This document shows, piece by piece, positions 1-9,669 of a stretch of DNA of 64,000 bases (position 1 is the first letter of the stretch; each line of letters starts with the position of its first letter). Both the position numbers and the translations under genes were made by a program. Under the pieces are notes generated by a model. That model was not told the origin of the DNA. It was given only the letters and a program-made list of their open reading frames with translations, and searched no databases. Source of the DNA: an uncultured Dehalococcoidia bacterium (GTDB lineage Bacteria; Chloroflexota; Dehalococcoidia; Lucifugimonadales; CAZENU01); the NCBI GenBank assembly GCA_964513735.1, contig CAZENU010000001.1, forward strand, positions 3-64,002, given 5' to 3'.

Positions 1-53
1 AACCTGGGTCATGGGATCCAAAGTCCCGTGTGCTACCACTACACCACCGGGCA
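1..53 (-). tRNA. tRNA-Gln (anticodon UUG), 5' two-thirds only; the 3' part runs off the window
   Basis: Reverse complement of 1-53 reads UGCCCGG-UG-GUGU-AGUGGUA-GCAC-A-CGGGA-CUUUGGA-UCCCA-UGAC-CCAGG-UU. This gives an acceptor arm, U8, a 4-bp D stem with A14/G18G19/A21, a 7-nt anticodon loop C-U-UUG-G-A and the start of the T arm. Folded by eye only; one C-A mismatch at the top of the anticodon stem. Confidence 0.65.
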
Positions 54-60
54 ACGGCCA

Positions 61-321
61 TCAGTCCTGCGTCGGGTCGTCTCCTCTCAGCCGCCTGACG
101 AGTTCGTAGGCGTTGACACCCCACCCGATTCCGAACACCTGGGGCGTGATCAGGCTGTGGTCCTGGGGGTTCCACATCCGCTGCTTCAACCGGGCGAGCG
201 TCGGAAAACGGAAGTCGTAGGGCACGCCGATGAGCCGACCCGCGGGCTGCCTGGTGCGCACGGCGTACACGACGGCAGCCACCGTGAAGGCGGTCACCAG
301 CGTTCGGAACAGATTGCGCAT
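61..321 (-). CDS. small hypothetical membrane protein (86 aa)
   Basis: ORF with one N-terminal hydrophobic helix (LVTAFTVAAVVYAV). AAGGAGAGG Shine-Dalgarno sits 2-3 nt upstream of the ATG on the minus strand. No motif I can name with certainty. Confidence 0.5.
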   Translation of the reverse strand: MRNLFRTLVTAFTVAAVVYAVRTRQPAGRLIGVPYDFRFPTLARLKQRMWNPQDHSLITPQVFGIGWGVNAYELVRRLRGDDPTQD

Positions 322-420
322 GCCTCTCCTTCGCCCACGGAGCTGTCACGGAGCTCCGTCGCCGGTCCAGCCGCCACGCAGCCCTTATGGCCTGTTTTGC
401 AATCTGAGCCTATTGAATTG

Positions 421-429
421 AGTTTAGCA
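421..429 (-). promoter_or_regulatory. candidate extended -10 promoter element TGCTAAACT (minus strand) for the 61-321 gene
   Basis: Reverse complement of agtttagca is TGCTAAACT (TGn + TAAACT). It lies in a locally AT-rich stretch about 100 nt upstream of the ATG at 321. The same 9-mer recurs at 27608-27616 on the + strand. Confidence 0.3.
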
Positions 430-504
430 GTGGCCCATACGAGGGTCAACGGTGGGAGCCCGTCTATGGTCTTTCGATTCTTGACGCGTGGGGAGGTCGT
501 TCGG

Positions 505-596
505 CGGGCTTCCTTCGATACGGCCCGATGGGGCATCTGGGGCTGCTCAGGTTGAGCGGATGGTGTGGGGTCCACAGGCTTGTCGGACACGGCGTA
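505..596. repeat. dispersed copy of the roughly 90-97 bp intergenic repeat family also present in tandem at 27321-27530
   Basis: Shares ggcttccttcgatacg, gct-ctcagg, gagcggatg-tgtgggg and acaggcttgtcgNac blocks, in the same order, with the units at 27321-27530. Confidence 0.6.
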
Positions 597-774
597 TCTC
601 GGCGAAGTGTTGAAAATCGATTGCCCTGGCGCCGTGCCGAGCGCCCGGCCGGGCCGAGTTTCATTTTGCCGAGCAAGCCGCAATCGCCTATACTTACGTA
701 TCTAACAACAGACATGGCAGACTGATCGCGACGTCTCCGGCGCGGGCGCCGGTCGCGCCTTGGGAGGGGGCCAA

Positions 775-1731
775 ATGGAAGCTACCGTAGGTGTGAAAAG
801 CATCGCAGAGCTGGCGACTAGGGTCAGAGACAACGTCCAGCGTGTAATCGTCGGCAAGAGCGAGGCCATCAACATCGCCCTGGTCGCGCTGCTGTGCCGG
901 GGCCACATCCTGGTGGAGGACGTGCCGGGCATCGGCAAGACCACGTTGTCGAAGGCGCTGGCGCAGTCGCTGGGCTGCACGTTCAAGCGAATCCAGTTCA
1001 CACCCGACCTGATGCCCAGCGACGTCCTGGGCGTCAACTTCTTCAACCAGAAGACCTCCGAGTTCGAGTTCCTGTCCGGCCCGATCGTCAGCCAGATACT
1101 ACTGGCCGACGAGATCAACCGCGCCACGCCCAGGACCCAGTCGGCGCTGCTCGAAGCGATGCAGGAGCGCCAGACGACCGTCGACGGCGTAACGCGCGCG
1201 CTGCCCAAGCCATTCCTGGTGCTGGCCACACAGAACCCCATCGAGATGGAGGGGACGTTCCCGCTACCGGAGGCCCAGCTCGACCGTTTCATGGTGCGTC
1301 TGACGCTCGGATACCCCTCGCCCGAGGAGGAGTTGGAGATATACCTGCGGTTTGAGAAGGACTCCGTACCACCCGAGATCGAGGCAGTTACCGACGGGGA
1401 AGAGGTCGCGCGGATGCAGGACTTGACGCACACCGTGCGTGTGGACGGCCCCGTTCGCGAATACATCGGCGAGGTCGTACGGGCAACCAGAGACCACTCC
1501 GGCATCTCACTGGGCGCCAGCCCCAGGGCGGGCATGGCGCTGTACAAGACCACCCAGGCCTGGGCCGCCATTGACGGGCGCGATTTCGCCACCCCCGACG
1601 ACGTAAAGACGATGGCCCCGGTGGTGCTTCCGCACCGCACCATACTCAGCTCGTCGGCCAGACTGAGAGGCGATAGCTCAGAGCAGGTGGTCGGCGAGAT
1701 ACTCGCCAGCGTGCCGGTCCCCATAGAGTGA
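775..1731 (+). CDS. MoxR-family AAA+ ATPase
   Basis: Walker A GxPGIGKT (VPGIGKTTL), Walker B LLADEINRA and typical MoxR length. The ATG at 775 follows GGGAGGGGG; the ORF track starts at TTG 760. Confidence 0.9.
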   Translation: MEATVGVKSIAELATRVRDNVQRVIVGKSEAINIALVALLCRGHILVEDVPGIGKTTLSKALAQSLGCTFKRIQFTPDLMPSDVLGVNFFNQKTSEFEFLSGPIVSQILLADEINRATPRTQSALLEAMQERQTTVDGVTRALPKPFLVLATQNPIEMEGTFPLPEAQLDRFMVRLTLGYPSPEEELEIYLRFEKDSVPPEIEAVTDGEEVARMQDLTHTVRVDGPVREYIGEVVRATRDHSGISLGASPRAGMALYKTTQAWAAIDGRDFATPDDVKTMAPVVLPHRTILSSSARLRGDSSEQVVGEILASVPVPIE

Positions 1732-1738
1732 TAGCCCT

Positions 1739-3037
1739 TTGAGCTATACGGGACGGCGGCCGGACGTCCAAATCGCAGACCATCCCCAGCTAGTCCCGGC
1801 CTCGGGGTTCAACTGGCTGGCGCTGCTCGTCGTCGCTTTCTTCGTCATCGCCGCCGTCGGCGTCTTCATGAGCCAAGGGATCGTCGTCGCCTTCGGAATC
1901 ATGGGCCTCGCCGCCAGCGCCATAGCGATAGGGTGGCACCGCATCGCCCTCGAGGAGCTTTCATACGACCTGGAGATCTCTCACCAGCGCGCCGAGGTCG
2001 GCGACACCGTCCCAATCACCGTGTCTCTGGTCAACCGGAAGCCCGTCCCGCTGGCCTGGGTCAAGGTCGAGGATGAGTTCCCCGACGCCGTAAGAGTTGT
2101 AGGCGGCGACGTAGTCCAGAACTCCAACACGAGAATCCAGAGTCTGCGCCATCTGACTTCGATGAGCTGGTACGAGCGCATACGCTGGGACTACGAGGTA
2201 AACTGCACCAGGCGAGGCCTGCACCACATGGGGCCGGTTACGATCGAAAGCGGCGACCCATTCGGCTTCGTGCGCACGCGGAAGGTCCAACAGCACCAAA
2301 GCAGCATACTAGTCCTGCCCAGGACCGTGCCACTGACCGATCTGGGACTGCCCGCGGTCAAGCCCCTGGGCGAGGTGCGCGGCGGCGACAGAATCTACGA
2401 GGACGTTACCCGGCCCACCGGCCTCCGCGACTACCAGAAGGGCGACCCCCTCACCAGGGTGGACTGGAAGGCCACGGCCAAGGCGCGGCAGCTCCTGGTC
2501 CGCACCTTCGACCCCAGTTCCACGGTAAACGTGGTCATCGCCGTGGCAGTGGACACCACGGAGCCCTTCTGGCGAATAGACGTCCCGGAGGAGCTGGAAC
2601 GGGTGATCACGGTCGCGGCTTCGGTGGCCCACTACGTAGCCGAGCGTGACTACTCATTCGGGCTTTTCGCCAACGACATGGCGGTGCAGGTCAAGCGGTC
2701 GATGAAGGTAAAGCCCAGACAGGGCCAAGAGCAGCTCGGCGAGGTAATGGCGGCTCTCGCCACAACGCCGCCCATGGCATCGGGCCCGATGGCCAACCAC
2801 CTTGCCGAGCACGGGCGCCGGTTCCCCTTCGGCACGACCGTAGTCCTATGTACCGCGTTCATCACCGAGGGCATGGTCACGACCCTGAACGACCTCGCCC
2901 ACGCCGGCATGAAGCTGGCCGTAATGTACGTCGGAGCCAAAGAACCGCCGGAGCTGCCGGAGCGGGTGCTGGTCCACTCGGTCAGGGAGCACCTCGTCTC
3001 GATGGAGGCCGCGGCAAGATTCGGGGGCGACCGATGA
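1739..3037 (+). CDS. DUF58 domain protein (MoxR partner)
   Basis: Two N-terminal TM helices, then the DUF58-type DYQKGDPLTRVDWKATAK motif. Lies immediately downstream of MoxR, as in Bat/MoxR operons. Confidence 0.85.
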   Translation: MSYTGRRPDVQIADHPQLVPASGFNWLALLVVAFFVIAAVGVFMSQGIVVAFGIMGLAASAIAIGWHRIALEELSYDLEISHQRAEVGDTVPITVSLVNRKPVPLAWVKVEDEFPDAVRVVGGDVVQNSNTRIQSLRHLTSMSWYERIRWDYEVNCTRRGLHHMGPVTIESGDPFGFVRTRKVQQHQSSILVLPRTVPLTDLGLPAVKPLGEVRGGDRIYEDVTRPTGLRDYQKGDPLTRVDWKATAKARQLLVRTFDPSSTVNVVIAVAVDTTEPFWRIDVPEELERVITVAASVAHYVAERDYSFGLFANDMAVQVKRSMKVKPRQGQEQLGEVMAALATTPPMASGPMANHLAEHGRRFPFGTTVVLCTAFITEGMVTTLNDLAHAGMKLAVMYVGAKEPPELPERVLVHSVREHLVSMEAAARFGGDR

Positions 3038-4452
3038 CCGCGTCCCAGACCAGGCTGGTGCTCTGGGCCCTGGTGGTCGCGGAGAGCGCGTGGGTGTTCG
3101 CCATCCTGGGCGTGGCCGGCCTGTGGATGGGGCAGGATTCCGGTCCGCTGAGCTGGCCGACGATCATGGTGCTCATGTTCGTGTCGCTGTACCTCGGCCG
3201 CCTGAGCCCCTCAGAGGTCATGGGCCCGGTGCCCGAGACCCTGGTGCGCATGCTCTTCGGCATACTGTTCATCTACGTGGCCATCGCCATCGAGCTCTCG
3301 GACGGCCTGCCCCACATCGATGTGCTCTGGGTCTTCAAGGCCTTTTCGTCCTCCGAGCCCGATCAGTTCTGGTTCAGGTTTCTCGCCGGAGGCCTGGCGG
3401 CCGCCGCCCTGTGGCTGCGGGCCGGCAAGCTGGGGATAGCCTCCTTCCCCACCGAGGAGCTGGGGTTCAGCTTCAGGCTCGGGATTCCCCTACTTGCCCT
3501 GGCGACCTTGATCGACCTCGCCAACGACGCTAATCTGCACACGTTCCTGATGGTCTTCGTCTTCTTCGGAGCCAGCCTCGCCGGACTCGCACTGGGGAAC
3601 CTGCTCCCTCGGTCTCAGACGAACGGGCCCAGCATCTGGCCCAGGGTCGTCTTTGGAGTGGTCGCCGTGGTCGTCGTGACCGGGCTGGCCTTCAGCCTTT
3701 TGCCCGGCGGAGTGCTTGACGCCGTCTCGTGGCCGCTCAGGCGCGTGTTCGACTTATTCCTGCTGGTGTTCGTCTGGGTGTTGATCATCCCAGCGGCGTT
3801 CGTCATCAGCTCGGTCATAGAGGGCATCATCTGGATATACAGCTTTCTGTTCGGCGCAAGCACAGGCGTGGCGCCCTCTTTACCGGGGCAGGAGCTGGCG
3901 ACGACGACGCCCTCGGTCTTCGATCAGGTCGAGGACCTGGAGGGGTCCGGTGCGAACATCTGGATCATGCAGATACTGCTGGGCCTCATCCTCGGGGTCG
4001 CGGCGATCGCGCTGCTCTACGCGGGCGCCAAGGCCTTCCGGCGCCCTCAGAGCCGCCGCGCCGTACCGGTGGAGGGCCACAGAGAGTCGGTCATGGAGGA
4101 CGCCGACCCGCTCCTAGACTTTGCCAACCTGCTGCGGAACCTCATGCCGTCATGGCTCAAGGGCGACGGTGAAGAGACCTTCGTGCTGCCGGACGGCCCG
4201 CCCGGCATAGTCAAGGTGCTCGAGCTCTACTACGACATGCTGCTGCTGGCCGAAGAGCGGGGCGTCGAAAGGCAGCCTCACGAAACGCCCGGGGAGATTC
4301 AGACGAGGCTCGGCGAGATCTTCCCAAACGACCTGGTCAACGCGGCGACGTCGGCGTTCGTTCGGGCCTTCTACGGGAGCTATCCCTCGTCGGATGAGCA
4401 GATCGCCGAGATGAGGGCCTCGGTCGACGGGCTCGCGGCGGAGCCGGCCTAG
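3034..4452 (+). CDS. polytopic membrane protein with C-terminal DUF4129-like domain
   Basis: The ATG at 3034 overlaps the DUF58 stop (ATGA). Multiple TM helices, then a soluble C-terminus (ELYYDMLLLAEERG...ETPGE...FVRAFYG) typical of DUF4129. The first 62 codons of the ORF-track version (from 2848) overlap the upstream gene and are rejected. Confidence 0.75.
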   Translation: MTASQTRLVLWALVVAESAWVFAILGVAGLWMGQDSGPLSWPTIMVLMFVSLYLGRLSPSEVMGPVPETLVRMLFGILFIYVAIAIELSDGLPHIDVLWVFKAFSSSEPDQFWFRFLAGGLAAAALWLRAGKLGIASFPTEELGFSFRLGIPLLALATLIDLANDANLHTFLMVFVFFGASLAGLALGNLLPRSQTNGPSIWPRVVFGVVAVVVVTGLAFSLLPGGVLDAVSWPLRRVFDLFLLVFVWVLIIPAAFVISSVIEGIIWIYSFLFGASTGVAPSLPGQELATTTPSVFDQVEDLEGSGANIWIMQILLGLILGVAAIALLYAGAKAFRRPQSRRAVPVEGHRESVMEDADPLLDFANLLRNLMPSWLKGDGEETFVLPDGPPGIVKVLELYYDMLLLAEERGVERQPHETPGEIQTRLGEIFPNDLVNAATSAFVRAFYGSYPSSDEQIAEMRASVDGLAAEPA

Positions 4453-4480
4453 TCATGTCACCCGCCGACAGGGCCTGTCT

Positions 4481-5305
4481 GTGAGCCTGCCCTTCTCAGA
4501 CGTCCCTCTCTGGCAGGCCGCTTTCCTGCCGGCGTTCTCCTTCGCCGTCGGCGTCCTCGGCGGGTTCGTCGGTCTCGCCCTGGGCACGATGCGACTCCCC
4601 GTCCTGCTCTTTCTCGGGTTCGACGCCGCTACCGCCGCGGGTACCAACATCGCCGTAAGCACCGCGACGGCCGCCTCGGGCTCCATCCGCCACCTGCGCG
4701 CCGGACGCGTGGACAAGGACGCCGTGCTGCTAGTCGGGCTACCGAGCATGGCCGGCGCGTTCGTCGCCGGATTCGCCAGCGACAGCGTGCCCGAAGCGCT
4801 GCTCCTGGGAGCGGCAGGCGTGCTGGTCTTCTGGCAAGGCGTCGAGCTCCTGGCACGTGGGCGACATCACGCCGCGGCGGGATACGCCGCCGAGAGCGCC
4901 GAGGAGTCCGAGCAGGCCTCGCCCCAGATCGACCACCGACGCGGCAGGCGATTCGCCGCGGCGACTTCCGGCCTGGCCATAGGGGCCCTGGGAGGCAGCG
5001 TCGGCCTGATACTGGGTAGCCTGCGGCTGCCGGCGCTGATCCGCGTGCTGCGAATGGCTCCGCGGTCGGCGGTGGGCACGAACATGACCATCGGCTTCGC
5101 GATGGGCTCTGTCGGGTGGATCGGCCACGTATCCGGCGGACACGTCGACTATCCGATCATGGTGATGATGGCGTCCACCGCCGTGGTCGGCAGCTACATC
5201 GGCGCGGAGCTCACCGGCCGGGTGACCCTGGAGCGCCTGATCATGACGCTCGGCATGGTGCTGCTGGCCGTCGGGCCGATCCTGATGTGGCGCGGAGTGA
5301 TGTGA
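4481..5305 (+). CDS. TauE/SafE (TSUP) family anion exporter
   Basis: Two homologous 4-TM halves (GGFVGLALGTMRLPVLL / GGSVGLILGSLRLPALI) joined by a charged linker, the signature architecture of TSUP transporters. GTG start. Confidence 0.8.
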   Translation: MSLPFSDVPLWQAAFLPAFSFAVGVLGGFVGLALGTMRLPVLLFLGFDAATAAGTNIAVSTATAASGSIRHLRAGRVDKDAVLLVGLPSMAGAFVAGFASDSVPEALLLGAAGVLVFWQGVELLARGRHHAAAGYAAESAEESEQASPQIDHRRGRRFAAATSGLAIGALGGSVGLILGSLRLPALIRVLRMAPRSAVGTNMTIGFAMGSVGWIGHVSGGHVDYPIMVMMASTAVVGSYIGAELTGRVTLERLIMTLGMVLLAVGPILMWRGVM

Positions 5306-5320
5306 CACCCGACCCGCCAG

Positions 5321-6259
5321 CTACTCGAGCCAGTCGCGGGCCTCGACGTAGCGCTGTGCCGCGATGGCGGCCGTCGCGCCGTCGCCCGCGGCGCTGACCA
5401 ACTGGGAGGCCGAGCTCTGACGGATGTCCCCGGCCGCGAAGAGCCCCGGCCTGGGCGTACGCATCCATATGTCCGTCGGCACGTGGCCGGCGTTGTCCAA
5501 TTCGACGACTTCCCTAAGGTACTCAGTGTTGGGCTCGAACCCCACGTAGACGAAGACCCCATCCAGGTCGAGCCGGGAAGGCTCCCCGGTCGCCACGTCG
5601 GTGATGCCTACGCCTTGGACCTGCGCCTCTCCCAGAATCGCGTCGACGAACGTGTTCCAACGCACCTCGATCTTGGGGTGGGACAGCACGCGGTCGCGGA
5701 GCACCTGCTGGCCGCGGAAGCAGTCGCGGCGGTGGAAGACGACCACCTTCGAGGCGAACTCGGTCAGCACAATCGCCTCGTCCAGGGCGGAGTCGCCCCC
5801 GCCGACAACCCCCACTACCTGCTCCATGAAAAAGGCGCCGTCGCAGGTCGCGCAGTAGGAGACCCCGGCGCCGTGGAGCCGCTCCTCTCCGGGCACTCCG
5901 AGCCGCCTCAGCGTGGAGCCGCCGGCGAGAATCACCGACTTGGCCCTGACGTTCCCCTCATAGGAGCTCAGGACCCAGTACGGCTCGTCCCACTGGACCG
6001 CGCTCACCTCGGCCAGCTCGACCTCGACACCATACTTCGTCGCCTGGTCCTGCAGCAGCAGCCCCAGGTCGGGGCCGGAGACGCCCTCGGGGAAGCCCGG
6101 CAGGTTCTCGATCTTCTCCGCGTTGACGATCTGGCCGCCCGGCATCATCCGCTCCAACACGACGGTCTTCATGCCGCCCCTGCTGGCGTACAGGCCCGCC
6201 GTCATGCCCGCGGCGCCCCCACCGACGATGGCGACGTCACACTCTCTATCCGCCAACAC
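5321..6259 (-). CDS. trxB: thioredoxin-disulfide reductase
   Basis: FAD motif VAIVGGGAAG, redox-active CATCDG, NADPH motif GGGDSA, C-terminal FAAGD; 312 aa. Confidence 0.92.
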   Translation of the reverse strand: MLADRECDVAIVGGGAAGMTAGLYASRGGMKTVVLERMMPGGQIVNAEKIENLPGFPEGVSGPDLGLLLQDQATKYGVEVELAEVSAVQWDEPYWVLSSYEGNVRAKSVILAGGSTLRRLGVPGEERLHGAGVSYCATCDGAFFMEQVVGVVGGGDSALDEAIVLTEFASKVVVFHRRDCFRGQQVLRDRVLSHPKIEVRWNTFVDAILGEAQVQGVGITDVATGEPSRLDLDGVFVYVGFEPNTEYLREVVELDNAGHVPTDIWMRTPRPGLFAAGDIRQSSASQLVSAAGDGATAAIAAQRYVEARDWLE

Positions 6260-6283
6260 CCTCTCCTACCCTGTACCTCGTTC

Positions 6284-7615
6284 CTAGACCAGCCCCAGCG
6301 CCCGGACCTCTGCCAGGGCTTCGCCCATGGCCTTGACGGTGTCATCGATGTCCCTCTCAGTGTGGGTGGCGCTGAGGATGAACCTGCCACCCCCCGAGTC
6401 CACGCCCCGGTTGTACAGCGCCAGACCGAGCTGGTGGTCCCTGGCGGCATTCTGCTCGACTCGCCTCTGCTCCGGAGTCAGCACGCAGACCTCTTTGTCG
6501 CACTCGTGGTCCACGCCCAGTCGCAGGAAGGACAGCGAGCTGACTCCCGACGCGCAACCCGGTATCTCCATGCGCGACAGCAGGTCGTTCAGTCCGTCCT
6601 TGAGCCGCGACGCCATGGCGTCGGCCCTTTCGTTGACCTCGGTCCTGGCGACGAGCTCAAGGGCCTTGATGCCCGCGGCGGCCGAGAGCGGGTTGGCGTT
6701 GAATGTCCCGTTGTGGCCGACACGCCGGGTGCGGTTGAACTCGGCATCGTCACTGAGCTGGATCATGTCGATGAGGTCGGCCGTGCCGGTCACGGCTCCG
6801 CCGGGTAGCCCGCCGCCGAGGATCTTGGCGTGCGTCGACATGTCCGGCGTGATCCCGTAGTAGCCCTGGGCGCCTCCCCTGGAGACTCGGAACCCGGTCA
6901 CCACCTCGTCGAAGATAAGCACGACGCCGTGTCGCCGGGTGATTTCCCTCAGCTCCGTGAGGAAGCTCGGCCTGATCGCATCCTGGCCCATGTGGGCGCC
7001 GGTGGGTTCGAGAACGATCGCCGCCACGTCGTCGTTGTCCCGCAGCGTCTTTTCGACGACCGAAATGTCGTTCGCGGGAAGCACAATCATCGTACCGGCG
7101 GTCTCCTGGGGAACCCCGGCCATGCCAGGGCCGTCCACGACGGCGTAGTCGTGCCACCCGTGGAAGTGCTTTTCGAACTTGATGATCTTGCTCTTGCCCG
7201 TGTACGCCCGTACTATCCGGAAGGCCATCATCGTGGCCTCCGTGCCAGAGCTATGAAACCGGACCTTCTCCGAGCACGGCACCAGCTCCTGGACCCACCG
7301 CGCCCACTCGATCTCCATCTCGGTCGAGGCGCTGTAGTGCGTGCCCCTGGCCATCTGCTCGGTGACCGCGGCCACTACATCGGGATGAGAGTGGCCCAGC
7401 AGCAGCGACCCGTGCCCCGTCCTGTAGTCTATAATGCGCTGGCCATCCAGGTCGAACTTGTGCGGACCCTCACCACGGGTCACGTAGTAGGGGAAGGGTG
7501 ACAGGTTTCGAGCGTCGTGAGTGACGCCGTTGGGGAAGATGTCACGGGACATCGCAAATTGCTCGGCGCACTTGGGGTGCAGGTCAATATATCGTTGTTC
7601 GATTACGCTTACCAT
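6284..7615 (-). CDS. class-III (GSA-aminomutase-like) PLP-dependent aminotransferase
   Basis: FDEVVTGFRV...THAKILGGGLPGGA with the PLP lysine context. AGGAG lies 4 nt upstream of the ATG at 7615. The N-terminus differs from canonical HemL (no PGGVNSPVRAF), so it is not called hemL. Confidence 0.85.
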   Translation of the reverse strand: MVSVIEQRYIDLHPKCAEQFAMSRDIFPNGVTHDARNLSPFPYYVTRGEGPHKFDLDGQRIIDYRTGHGSLLLGHSHPDVVAAVTEQMARGTHYSASTEMEIEWARWVQELVPCSEKVRFHSSGTEATMMAFRIVRAYTGKSKIIKFEKHFHGWHDYAVVDGPGMAGVPQETAGTMIVLPANDISVVEKTLRDNDDVAAIVLEPTGAHMGQDAIRPSFLTELREITRRHGVVLIFDEVVTGFRVSRGGAQGYYGITPDMSTHAKILGGGLPGGAVTGTADLIDMIQLSDDAEFNRTRRVGHNGTFNANPLSAAAGIKALELVARTEVNERADAMASRLKDGLNDLLSRMEIPGCASGVSSLSFLRLGVDHECDKEVCVLTPEQRRVEQNAARDHQLGLALYNRGVDSGGGRFILSATHTERDIDDTVKAMGEALAEVRALGLV

Positions 7616-7745
7616 GGTGCTCCTAGGCGCGAGTAGTGCGGGCCGGACGATGGGTGTATTATAGTCACCCGCTTCGGATATGCAACACAGTCGCCGTACG
7701 CCGGGAACGCGGTGGCGATGCGGCTCGCACCCCACCGGAGGTCCT

Positions 7746-8912
7746 ATGAAGAGCTACCTCTCTCACCTTGAGTGCACGGCGTGCGGGGATACTTTTCCGG
7801 CAGATGAGCTTCACCGCACCTGCCCCTCGTGCGGCAAGGTCCTCTACGCCCGCTACGACCTCGTCGCGGCGAGTCGGGCACTGGCCCCTGCCGACCTGGA
7901 GTCGCGGACGGGGGACATGTGGCGCTACTTCGAGCTGCTGCCGGTGCGCGACGCCGCCAACGTCGTAAGCCTCGGCGAAGGGTTTACGCCACTGCTGCCG
8001 GCCGCCCGTCTGCGCGACCGGCTGGGCTGCTCGAACCTCCTGATCAAGGACGAGGGAGTCAACCCCACTTCGTCGTTCAAGGCCCGGGGATTGTCCGCAG
8101 CCGTGTCCCGGGCCGTCGAGCTCGGCGTGACCGCATTCACCATACCGTCGGCCGGCAACGCAGGCGGGGCGCTGGCCGCTTACGCCGCCCGGGCCGGCGC
8201 CGAGGCCCATGTGTTCATGCCGACAGACGTGCCCAGGGCCAACCGGGACGAGGTGGATATCAGCGGCGCCCACGTCACGCTCGTAGACGGCCTGATCTCG
8301 GACGCCGGAAAGGCGTCGCGTGCGGCGGCCGAGAAGCTCGGACTCTTCGACGTATCCACTCTGCAAGAGCCCTACAGGGCCGAAGGCAAGAAGACGATGG
8401 GGTACGAGATCGCAGAGCAGCTAGAGTGGAAGCTGCCCGACGCCATCGTCTACCCGGCCGGAGGCGGCACCGGGATAGTCGGCATCTGGAAGGCTTTCCA
8501 AGAGATGGAGCGTCTGGGTTGGCTGGACGCGAAATGGCCCAGGATGTTCTGCGTCCAGGCCGAAGGGTGCGCCCCGCTGGTCAGGGCCTTTCGCGAGGGC
8601 GCCGATCACGCGGAGCCCTGGGTCGACGCCCAGACCATCGCCGCGGGACTCCGGGTCCCGGCGGCCATAGGCGACTACCTGGTGCTCGCCGCGCTGAGAG
8701 AAAGCGGAGGAGGCGCCATGACGGTCACGGACGAAGAGATCATGACGTGGGTGAGGGAGGTCGCTATCCTGGAGGGCCTCTTCATGTGCCCCGAGGGAGC
8801 AGCCACGGCCGCCGCCCTCGAAAAGCTGCTCGCCGATGGCACGGTCTCGTCCGAAGACACCGTGTTGCTGCTCAACACCGGCTCCGGCCTCAAGAACCTG
8901 GACCTGCTGTGA
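7746..8912 (+). CDS. thrC: threonine synthase (short form with N-terminal Zn-ribbon)
   Basis: CTACG...CPSCG zinc ribbon, PLP-lysine motif SFKARG, and GNAG and GGGTG loops. GGAGG lies upstream of the ATG at 7746. Confidence 0.88.
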   Translation: MKSYLSHLECTACGDTFPADELHRTCPSCGKVLYARYDLVAASRALAPADLESRTGDMWRYFELLPVRDAANVVSLGEGFTPLLPAARLRDRLGCSNLLIKDEGVNPTSSFKARGLSAAVSRAVELGVTAFTIPSAGNAGGALAAYAARAGAEAHVFMPTDVPRANRDEVDISGAHVTLVDGLISDAGKASRAAAEKLGLFDVSTLQEPYRAEGKKTMGYEIAEQLEWKLPDAIVYPAGGGTGIVGIWKAFQEMERLGWLDAKWPRMFCVQAEGCAPLVRAFREGADHAEPWVDAQTIAAGLRVPAAIGDYLVLAALRESGGGAMTVTDEEIMTWVREVAILEGLFMCPEGAATAAALEKLLADGTVSSEDTVLLLNTGSGLKNLDLL

Positions 8913-8937
8913 CGGCGGCTGTGGCGCGCGACCGGAC

Positions 8938-9624
8938 TCAGTCGCCGGCGAACTCGATGCGCACCTCGTCCAACTCCACGTAGCCCGACGGCAGCCGCGA
9001 CGCGTCCGCCTCGTAGTCTTTACCCGCGTACAGGTAGTGTCGATCCTGGTCGATGGGTCCGGCCGGCACCACATCCACCGGGTGCAGCACCAGGATGATG
9101 TCCCCGTTGATGTCTGACAGAACGTCGCCGATGTCCCCCCAGCCGTATTTGTCCATCCGGTCGTGCCGCGAGCCGAGGCATAGCCACTGCTCCGGGTCGG
9201 GAGCCAGCGTGATGGTCTGCTCGGTCCACTCCGGTGTGACCTCGAACGGCTGGGCGACGAGCACGTGGTTCAGCATCCGGTCTCCCACCTCCGCCTGCGC
9301 CAGGAGCACCAGGTTGGTGCCTTTCGTCTCGAGCTCGCCGCGAAGCCGCAGAGTCATCCGGGCGTTGGTGAAGTCCGACGGGTAGCCGCCATCCACGAAC
9401 CTGTTCAGACTGCCGTCGCTAGATTTGCGACGTCCTGTGGGGTATAGGGCGAAGAGCAGATGCAGATAGCCGCCGCCGGGCGGGGCGTGGTTCGCGTCGG
9501 TCCACCACGGATGGCGCGATATGACGACGCCCGGCCGCGTTTCCAGCGCGCTCAGGCCGTGGGACCAGCCTACCCAGCCGCCAGGACCGTCGTCGAAGGT
9601 CTCCACATACGTTCGGTTTTCCAA
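8938..9624 (-). CDS. hypothetical protein (228 aa), no domain recognised
   Basis: Clean ORF with coding-like third-position GC. No TM segment or signal peptide evident. Lies 45 nt downstream of, and co-oriented with, the vapBC-like pair. Confidence 0.6.
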   Translation of the reverse strand: MENRTYVETFDDGPGGWVGWSHGLSALETRPGVVISRHPWWTDANHAPPGGGYLHLLFALYPTGRRKSSDGSLNRFVDGGYPSDFTNARMTLRLRGELETKGTNLVLLAQAEVGDRMLNHVLVAQPFEVTPEWTEQTITLAPDPEQWLCLGSRHDRMDKYGWGDIGDVLSDINGDIILVLHPVDVVPAGPIDQDRHYLYAGKDYEADASRLPSGYVELDEVRIEFAGD

Positions 9625-9669
9625 TTCCGCTCACCTCTTCTGGCGTCTTTGCGAGACGCGGGGTTGCTA

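Noticed and set aside
702-1724. 340-aa minus-strand ORF antisense to the MoxR gene. Similar long shadow ORFs occur elsewhere: 5483-6808 (+), 7829-8983 (+), 17432-18442 (+), 19046-19972 (-), 20847-22118 (+), 21895-23622 (-), 35114-36076 (-), 53982-55079 (+), 56174-56821 (-).
   Set aside because: Each lies antisense to, or out of frame with, a gene carrying unmistakable conserved motifs. Their translations are R/P/G/A-rich low-complexity sequence, typical of stop-poor alternative frames in GC-rich DNA.
2848-3033. N-terminal extensions offered by the ORF track for several genes. These are 2848 (DUF4129 protein), 7735 (aminotransferase), 7680 (thrC), 13144 (hydrolase), 16281 (anchored protein), 19145 (MBL), 28586 (rpsL), 31808 (rplC), 35009 (rpsC), 51009 (VOC), 55652 (gyrB), 58835 (ligA) and 62529 (ADH).
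   Set aside because: The extensions overlap upstream genes or repeat elements and have non-protein-like composition. In each case a downstream start with an SD-like sequence reproduces the canonical family N-terminus.
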